A stretch of 64,000 nucleotides of DNA from Trypanosoma brucei (Eukaryota). The position numbers were made by a program, and so were the translations under genes. Below the pieces are notes generated by a model, which did no database searches, was not told the origin of the DNA, and worked only from the letters and a program-made list of their open reading frames with translations. The DNA is taken from contig CH464491.1 of the NCBI GenBank assembly GCA_000002445.1, positions 1,472,001 through 1,536,000 of the forward strand, read 5' to 3'. Positions 54,132 to 61,391 of this stretch are shown in pieces; within the stretch, counting starts at the first letter, position 1, and the number at the start of each line of letters is the position of its first letter.

Positions 54132-55847
54132 ATGTTGGGTCGTTCGTTTAAACTTTGTGTTTCCACAAACGCCCGTGGGATCGATTTTCTCCGCAACCGT
54201 TTCACCAATAAGTCAACCGCGTTCACACGGAAGGAACGAGAACACCTCGGTGTTGTTGGGCTACTTCCACCCGCGGAGGAGACACTTGACGACCATGTCA
54301 AGCGCTGCTGGACACAATTGACCCATTTGGAGTACCCAATCAACAAATACCAACTCTTACAGGGAATTCTCAGCACTAATACTGTTCTTTATTACAAGAT
54401 TGTGGAAACCTACATGAAGGAAACACTTCCAATTATTTACACACCTACAGTGGGAGAGGCTTGTCAAAAATACGGAAACATCTTTCAAAGAGACCATGGA
54501 CTCTACATAAGCATGAAGGAACGTGGGGTGATCCGGCAGACCCTTGAAAACCTTCGGAAACCTGAGGTTGAAGTTATTGTAATAACTGATGGTTCTCGCA
54601 TCTTGGGTCTTGGTGACCTCGGAGCAAACGGTATGGGCATCAGCATTGGCAAATGTTCACTATACGTTGCCGCCGGTGGAATTAACCCGAGCCGCATCCT
54701 ACCAGTTATGATGGACGTGGGGACAGATAATGAAGGACTTCGTGCGGATCCTCAATATCTTGGTTTGCGCCAAAAACGCCCCTCTGACGAGGATTTCTAC
54801 GCTTTGTTGGATGAGTTCATGGAGGCTGCGAGTGAAGCATGGCCGGAAGCCGTTATACAATTTGAGGACTTCAGCAACAACCATTGTTTTGATATGCTTG
54901 AGCGGTACCAAAACAAGTATCGATGCTTCAATGATGATATTCAGGGAACTGGTGCTGTAATTGCTGCAGGCTTCCTAAATGCGATCGAGGCAAGCGGCAT
55001 TCCTGCAGAGGATCATCGAATAGTGTTTTTTGGCGCTGGTTCCGCTGCGACAGGTGTGGCCACCTGCATTGTTGACTTGGTTGCCGCAAAGTACAAAAAG
55101 ACGTTCGCAGAAGTGCAGAATAACGTATATCTTCTTGATACCAAGGGTGTCATAACAACCACGCGTGGCGACAAGTTGGCACCACACAAGGTCCCGTGGG
55201 CCCGCACTGATATTTCAGCCGAGCAGAGCAAGTCGCTTTCCACATTGGTGGATGCTGTGAAGTTTGTAAAACCAACAGCGCTGATCGGCCTTGGAGCCCA
55301 AGGTGGTGTTTTCACTGAGGATATTCTAAAGTTTATGCGATCATACTGCGAGAAGCCTGTGATTTTTGCACTTTCCAACCCCTCAAGCAAAGTGGAGGTT
55401 ACTCCAGACAACGCCTTCAAGTGGACCGATGGTAAGGCAATTGTCGCAACTGGCAGTCCCTTCCCGCCCACAACTCTGAACGGCAAGAAATATGAGGCAT
55501 CCCAAGGTAACAATTTGTATGTTTTCCCCGGTATTGGACTTGGTTGTGCCATCGCGCAGCCGAAAAATATCCCACAGGAGGTACTCCAAACAGCGGCCGT
55601 CACCCTCAGTAAGTTAGTGGATCGTAATGTCATGGCTTCTGAGGGAGCACTGTATCCATGTATTGATGAAGTGCGTGAAGTGTCGAAACAGGTGGCAGCT
55701 GCTGTGATTGAAAAGTTGCAAGAGATGGGTTTGGCAAAGGAGGGGTTGCCCACAAGCAAAGGGGAACGATTGAAATTGGTGGAGGAACGGATGTGGACAC
55801 CCAAATATCTTGAACCGGAATATTACCTGTCGAAGAAGCTGGAGTAA
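54132..55847 (+). CDS. Malic enzyme (NADP-dependent), downstream tandem paralogue with an N-terminal mitochondrial-presequence-like extension
   Basis: IYTPTVGEACQ, FNDDIQGTGAV and GAGSAATG. The N-terminus MLGRSFKLCVSTNARG is basic and hydroxylated. The track start 54105 is TTG; the ATG is at 54132. Confidence 0.88.
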   Translation: MLGRSFKLCVSTNARGIDFLRNRFTNKSTAFTRKEREHLGVVGLLPPAEETLDDHVKRCWTQLTHLEYPINKYQLLQGILSTNTVLYYKIVETYMKETLPIIYTPTVGEACQKYGNIFQRDHGLYISMKERGVIRQTLENLRKPEVEVIVITDGSRILGLGDLGANGMGISIGKCSLYVAAGGINPSRILPVMMDVGTDNEGLRADPQYLGLRQKRPSDEDFYALLDEFMEAASEAWPEAVIQFEDFSNNHCFDMLERYQNKYRCFNDDIQGTGAVIAAGFLNAIEASGIPAEDHRIVFFGAGSAATGVATCIVDLVAAKYKKTFAEVQNNVYLLDTKGVITTTRGDKLAPHKVPWARTDISAEQSKSLSTLVDAVKFVKPTALIGLGAQGGVFTEDILKFMRSYCEKPVIFALSNPSSKVEVTPDNAFKWTDGKAIVATGSPFPPTTLNGKKYEASQGNNLYVFPGIGLGCAIAQPKNIPQEVLQTAAVTLSKLVDRNVMASEGALYPCIDEVREVSKQVAAAVIEKLQEMGLAKEGLPTSKGERLKLVEERMWTPKYLEPEYYLSKKLE

Positions 55848-56464
55848 AGCCGAGGGCCTCTGTCGTTTAACTCATTGGTGTTGCATATTCTCTTTTATTT
55901 TTCTTTCTTATCTTTTTTCTTCGACCTCCGTGCTTTATTATGTTTCCGTTGTTGTGATAGTTTTTTTTGTTATTTATTTGAATGTGAGCCAATGTAAGAC
56001 ACGCGGTGATCTTTCACATGGTGACTGTTTGTTTCTTCTCACTTCATTTTTATCCGACATTTCTTTCGATAATTTGCGTCGATTGATCCGTCTGTTTGCT
56101 TCCAAACACAAAACTAATGGTTAGTAACAATAATAGCAATAGTGACAGACACAAAGAGGGGAGGGAGCGTTTTCAAGGGGGGCTGGGGTGAATTGAACAG
56201 GTAGGAGGGAGAATGTGGGGAATACGATAGGCGGATATTACATTGATTTGTTCAACCGCCAAGCAATAGATTTACTTTTTATTACTATTATTGTTTTATT
56301 ACTATACCAATATCTTTTTCCCCCCATATCTACAATACAATTCCTTGGTGGACATCGATTCCCACAATAAAGTATGCACACGCCACCGCATTTTCTTTTG
56401 TTTCGCAACGACTGTGTTCACGTGCGAAGTTAGTTCCGCACCCCTTCCTGCACGTACACACTAA

Positions 56465-56494
56465 CACGCACACACACACACACACACATATATA
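56465..56494. repeat. (CA)11 followed by (TA)3 compound microsatellite
   Basis: cacgcacacacacacacacacacatatatat read directly. Confidence 0.9.
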
Positions 56495-57063
56495 TTCGCA
56501 TACATGCAAGGGATCACACTTATAGTTTACCTCGCAACTCGTCTGTTTTTGTCACTTACGTACCAACTGGGAGCAGCGATGAGGAGTGCTTTGCATAGGT
56601 GTTTGCGTAGAGAAAAAAAAAACGTATGTGCCTAGGTGTGCACGCTTACGTAAAAAGCAATGTTATACGTAAATGTGGCTGCCGTTTTCTTTACAATTAT
56701 TTTCCATGTTTTTATCCCGTTGATTGTCACATGCGAATAGCACATTTTTTTTCGTTCGTAGCGGGTGAATACCGCAACGAGTGAGAGGTAGGAGTTGGCA
56801 CTCGGAATATCGCGTCGCAATGGGGTCAAGTAATGAATTATGAGAGGAAAAGAATTGTACTGCCGTAATTTTAGTTGGATTCAGTTTAGCTATCAAATGT
56901 GTCAAATGCTTCGCTGTCTTCACTGCTCCCTTGCATGCACTAAAAAAAATTTTGTGACCTGCTATACAACCACCTGTTTGAGTCTCCGCACAACCACATA
57001 TCAAGAATTTGTTCTGTTACCTGTCGTAGTTTTTAGGGGTGATTTGTTCCAGGGGAAAGTTAA

Positions 57064-57726
57064 ATGACAAATTCCCCAGATGACGATGTGGACGACAATA
57101 TGTTCGAGTATGTCTCCTCATCGGCTAAATCACGGACTGGCGACACGCCGACTGACGGTGGCAGGAGGACTAAGAAAACGGTATATGAACTAGAGCGTGA
57201 GGCGCGCATTAACACTATTTTGAAGGAGGGAGGTTTAGTTTTACCTCCACCATCGGGTGAAGCAACTGTACCAACGGTGGCGATATCGCAAGGCATCTCG
57301 TCTTCAAGTGTTTGCACACCTGTTGCTGCGTCATGCCTTTCTCCTGCATCGCCGCCGAACATCAGTGGTGGTATGGGGCCCGTTTTAGGGATATCTGGAG
57401 ATAGTGAAGCAACCAGAAAGGCAGCGACGCAACGCAGCTCTGCAGAGGAAGCACAGCGACTAAAGGATCAGCGTTACGCTATTTTTCGTCGAAACAAGGC
57501 TTTGAATCAAAATGCTCTTAGAGAAGTGGATCCTGACACGAAACGATATGTTCAAATAGCATACACGCCAGCTGATGGCGGACCCCGACAGTTACGAGGT
57601 ATGGGAAGAGGAAGCGGTAGAGGTACCGGCCGCGGAAATTATGGTAATACCTCCAATGGGATGTCCCGAGGCGCTCGGCGGCCTATGGGGCGTGGCGGAC
57701 GGGGGTTTAAGCGAACGCGGGATTGA
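57064..57726 (+). CDS. Small RGG/RG-box protein (putative RNA-binding)
   Basis: The C-terminus is RGMGRGSGRGTGRGNYGNTSNGMSRGARRPMGRGGRGFKRTRD. The N-terminus is acidic. Confidence 0.6.
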   Translation: MTNSPDDDVDDNMFEYVSSSAKSRTGDTPTDGGRRTKKTVYELEREARINTILKEGGLVLPPPSGEATVPTVAISQGISSSSVCTPVAASCLSPASPPNISGGMGPVLGISGDSEATRKAATQRSSAEEAQRLKDQRYAIFRRNKALNQNALREVDPDTKRYVQIAYTPADGGPRQLRGMGRGSGRGTGRGNYGNTSNGMSRGARRPMGRGGRGFKRTRD

Positions 57727-58069
57727 AGTGGATGATGTGAGTGAAAGGAACCTAAAAGTCTGAGGTTCCCTCTTCTTCTTGTGTGCGACAAACCGTTACG
57801 GACGATATACTGAAGAGAGAAATGTGTGTAATATTTGGGATCTTCCAATTTAAGTGAAATAAATGTCCAAGTGAGGACGGAAGTGTGATTCTGTTCAAAA
57901 GTTTTCATGATTTTAACGCCCATTTTTCCTTTGACAGGTGACGTTCTCTCGATTCGTAACTCTTTGTATTTTTTTTTCTCTGTTGTAATCACTGCTCAGG
58001 TACGAAAGGAGGAAAAGAGAAAAAGGAAAGACAGAGTAGCTGAGGGACTGAGAGTAGGAAATAAACCTA

Positions 58070-59323
58070 ATGTCTTTTTTTGAAGATAGCGCAGACGAAC
58101 CCCCAAGAAAAAGAAGCCATGCTGAGCGGCAGTCATCTGTGCAAGGGCAAAGTAGCGGTCGAAGCTCTCAGAACCGGGTTCGGGGTTGTGAGACGGAGAG
58201 CGATGATGAGGATGCGGCACCAGTGTTTTCTCGCGATGCAAGCGGACGTGTTGGTTTGCGATTACTGCAGCAAATGCAAAAGTCTACTCCACAGGTGGGG
58301 AGTTCCCCTTCAGTCTCAACTGGTGTATCAAATACTGGAAAATTACTTGTGGTAGAGGATTACGTACCGCTATCTGTTGGTGGTTTCATGGAAACCTCGA
58401 CCGAGTCTGCAGCGAACAGCCTTGACAACATTAAACCAGGCGATATTATGTGTCTGCGGTGCCCTTCTGATTTTCGGGCTGAACCAAATGGTAATGTGAA
58501 ACGTTCTAAAGTCTCGAGTAGCACATCGTGTGGCACAACGGCGGGTATTAACTTTGTCAAGGAAACAGAACTAACAGCGGAGGAAAGGCAGTATGGGCGC
58601 CGCTTGACATGTGAAATGATGAATGAAATGTTTGAAGTAAGCCGCCTTGATCGTGCCACAAACTCTCTGGAAGCCGTTTTCCTTGACGGGACACGAAAGA
58701 AACTTAAAACTTATGCAGTTCGTCCTGCGGGTTTTGTTGAATCTGACCTATACAAACGATGGAAGGCTGATGAAAGTTCGCGGCCCGTACGGGTCGTATA
58801 CGCGGCGCAGAAGCTTCAGGTTACCGAGTCCTCTGGAGCCAATTCTGGAAGCAGCAGGGATGTTGATGGCAAAACCGCCGCAAGTGCGGTGCAATCCGCG
58901 GTGTGGTGGGTTGTGCCCCAACTTATCGTGCGTCTTGTGGAAGAGAGTGCCGGAGACCTTTTTGGAAAGAAGTTTGTTGTGAAGTCTATAGCGCGGAAGG
59001 ATGGAAAGATACGTCTTGAACCGCTCCGTGTTCCGGATGTTACCGTTTACAAAGATACCAGAGACCATGCTTTGCCCAACAGAGGGACGGAACACTCGGC
59101 TGTGGATGTCTTCGGTTGTGCAGCACTCGAAACTGTGATACCTCGTTTAGGAGAACAGGGGCTTATTGTTCAGGGCCCTATGCGTGGCGAACTCGTGGTC
59201 GTTACATCACGTGTGCGGAGTCCAAATGGGGGTCTTGAGGAAGTTAAGGTGCGCTCAACATTGACGGAGGAGGAATTCTCTGTTGAACCGCATATGTTGT
59301 GCATGATGGTTACTCAGCGGTAG
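58070..59323 (+). CDS. Hypothetical protein with two KOW-like motifs
   Basis: 417-aa ORF. GKKFVVKSIARKDGKIRL and GELVVVTSRVRSPNGGLEEVKV resemble KOW elements. No other domain recognised. Confidence 0.55.
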   Translation: MSFFEDSADEPPRKRSHAERQSSVQGQSSGRSSQNRVRGCETESDDEDAAPVFSRDASGRVGLRLLQQMQKSTPQVGSSPSVSTGVSNTGKLLVVEDYVPLSVGGFMETSTESAANSLDNIKPGDIMCLRCPSDFRAEPNGNVKRSKVSSSTSCGTTAGINFVKETELTAEERQYGRRLTCEMMNEMFEVSRLDRATNSLEAVFLDGTRKKLKTYAVRPAGFVESDLYKRWKADESSRPVRVVYAAQKLQVTESSGANSGSSRDVDGKTAASAVQSAVWWVVPQLIVRLVEESAGDLFGKKFVVKSIARKDGKIRLEPLRVPDVTVYKDTRDHALPNRGTEHSAVDVFGCAALETVIPRLGEQGLIVQGPMRGELVVVTSRVRSPNGGLEEVKVRSTLTEEEFSVEPHMLCMMVTQR

Positions 59324-59520
59324 TTGTTCATACATCACGAATGAACAGGTGGTAAATTGCCCTGCGTAGCACCTTAATTATTTTTCTGTGCGTTTGGGAA
59401 GGTTCGTTATTTTCTGGTGAGTATTCATTGTGAGTTTATTGTACGTTTTTCCCCTTTTATTTGCGTCCGTCGTTTGGTTTCGTTTAGGATACCGATCGCG
59501 AGGTTTCTAAAACCATTTTG

Positions 59521-59531
59521 CCCCCCCCCCC
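59521..59531. repeat. C11 homopolymer 40 nt upstream of the exonuclease-Tpt1 start codon
   Basis: ttttgcccccccccccctggaag read directly. Confidence 0.9.
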
Positions 59532-59570
59532 TGGAAGTGTACTCAGTACCTTGTGCGATTTTGTGGATAG

Positions 59571-61193
59571 ATGATGAACATATCACCTCAATTTAAACGG
59601 TGGGGACAAAACACCCGGAATTTGCAACAGCAGGAAGCATATCCCTTGCGGGAACCTCCCTTCGATACATACATGGTGTTAGATTTTGAAGCTACATGCG
59701 AGCGTCACCAACGTCTTGAAGTGCCGGAAGTTATTGAATTTCCTATAGTCCTCGTAGATGCGCGGAATGGTAATACCATTAGTGAATTCCAGCAGTACGT
59801 GCGACCGGTAGTTAACCCTCAGCTCTCTCAGTTTTGCACTGAGCTTACGGGTATAACGCAATCAGTGGTAGATAGAGCAAGCACATTTCCCGACGTATTT
59901 ACCGCTGCGATGAACTACCTTCACCAAAATAATTGTGGTGAGAGAGAAATTAACAAAAGATATCTCCCCGTGACATGTGGTGACTGGGACCTCAAGACAA
60001 TGCTTCCTATTCAGGTTAAAGCGTGTATCCAACAGGGGTTTACGGTCAACGTGCCTCCATCCCTTCGCCGGTGGTTCAATATCAAACAGTACATGCAAAG
60101 AGTTTTATCTCCGGGTTTGGGACAAACGGTGTCACAACCTATACGCGATCTTCCAGATATGATGTCTGTACTCGGTCTGGAGATGAAGGGCAGGCACCAC
60201 AGCGGGATAGATGACTGCAGAAATATAGCCGCTGTGCTATGTGAACTTATCAAACTTGGCCATGTTATTACCCCAACAACAGACTACAATAGTGAGCTCA
60301 CACGGGGTACCTCGTGGGTTAGTGTCGGTGCAACTACGTCCTTGAAGCCCAGTGCAGGTTTAGGGAAGTGTCAGCAAATGCCTCACTGCCGAGAGGAGGG
60401 TTCGAACAACTCTGCCATGGGACGGAAGAGGGCTGCTAGTGACACAGTGAACAATCAACAGAGCATGATCAAGAGGATTCATATTAACGTGCTTGAAAAT
60501 GAAGATCCGCTACAAGACTTGCTAAACTTGAAGACTGATGACAGAAACAGGATGGGTAGTGAAGACATGACAAAGGAAAAGGTGGTTACATATTCTAAGG
60601 CCCTCTCCCGTATTCTCCGACATGGAGCAGACAAAATGAAAATTACAATCTCGGATGCCGGGTATGTGCTAGCCGACGATTTAGTACGCTGTGCGCCCTT
60701 CTCTAACGATAAGGCAGCGCTGACCCATCTCGCCTGGGTGGTTTATTCCAACGACAAGAAACGATTTAAAATGGCTTACGATGAAAACAGGCGTGTATAC
60801 ATACGCGCTAACCAGGGGCACAGTTTGTCTGGGATTAATCCCGAACTGGTTCCAATCACTAGCGAGACTCAAGTCCCTTTTGCCGTGCATGGCACGTATT
60901 ATTCTGCGTGGGAACGAATACGTGGCTGTGGTTATCTTTCAACAATGGGACGACAACACATTCACTTCGCCAAGGGGATGCCAGGGTCCGACGGCGTTAT
61001 AAGTGGAATGAGAAATACCTCAGAGGTGCTTTTAGTTCTTGACGTGCCGTTGCTTTTGAAGGAATCTGTGGAGTTGTGGGAAAGTGCCAACGGCGTGCTA
61101 CTTACCCCTGGTGTAAGTGGCACGGGTCGACTGCCTTTGAAGTATATCAGTTCTGTGGTCGACCGCCGGACAAATGATCTACTACCACGGTGA
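59571..61193 (+). CDS. Bifunctional fusion of an N-terminal ERI-1/3'hExo-type DEDDh 3'-5' exoribonuclease and a C-terminal Tpt1/KptA RNA 2'-phosphotransferase
   Basis: Exonuclease domain: YMVLDFEATCE (Exo I), EVIEFPIVLV...FQQYVRPVVNPQLSQFCTELTGITQSVVDRASTFPDVF, VTCGDWDLKTML (Exo II) and GRHHSGIDDCRNIAAV (Exo III, DEDDh). Tpt1 domain: YSKALSRILRHG, DKKRFKMAYDENRRVYIRANQGHS, AVHGT, GRQHIHFA and ANGVLLT align with E. coli KptA SKFLSFVLRH / [21 protein letters not shown] / LYHGT / ERHYVHLS / ENGVWLT. Confidence 0.88.
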   Translation: MMNISPQFKRWGQNTRNLQQQEAYPLREPPFDTYMVLDFEATCERHQRLEVPEVIEFPIVLVDARNGNTISEFQQYVRPVVNPQLSQFCTELTGITQSVVDRASTFPDVFTAAMNYLHQNNCGEREINKRYLPVTCGDWDLKTMLPIQVKACIQQGFTVNVPPSLRRWFNIKQYMQRVLSPGLGQTVSQPIRDLPDMMSVLGLEMKGRHHSGIDDCRNIAAVLCELIKLGHVITPTTDYNSELTRGTSWVSVGATTSLKPSAGLGKCQQMPHCREEGSNNSAMGRKRAASDTVNNQQSMIKRIHINVLENEDPLQDLLNLKTDDRNRMGSEDMTKEKVVTYSKALSRILRHGADKMKITISDAGYVLADDLVRCAPFSNDKAALTHLAWVVYSNDKKRFKMAYDENRRVYIRANQGHSLSGINPELVPITSETQVPFAVHGTYYSAWERIRGCGYLSTMGRQHIHFAKGMPGSDGVISGMRNTSEVLLVLDVPLLLKESVELWESANGVLLTPGVSGTGRLPLKYISSVVDRRTNDLLPR

Positions 61194-61391
61194 TACTTGG
61201 GCGAAATCGTGCTCTGGTGACAGCTGAGAGTTATCCGTATTGAACACTGTAGACATCCTTTCTTGCATCACATTGACTATTAATGTGTTTAGTTCTAACT
61301 TTCTCCCGTTGCTAAACTTCTCCCAGCTCTTTGTTTTTTTTAAAAAACGGTGATTAGTACTTCCCCTGTCTTCCCCGGGTGCCAGTGGGGA

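Noticed and set aside
55013-55804. 263-aa minus-strand ORF (and the similar 209-aa ORF at 51653-52282)
   Set aside because: It is fully antisense to the malic enzyme coding sequences. It is typical of spurious antisense ORFs in GC-balanced coding DNA, and every supported gene in the window is on the + strand.
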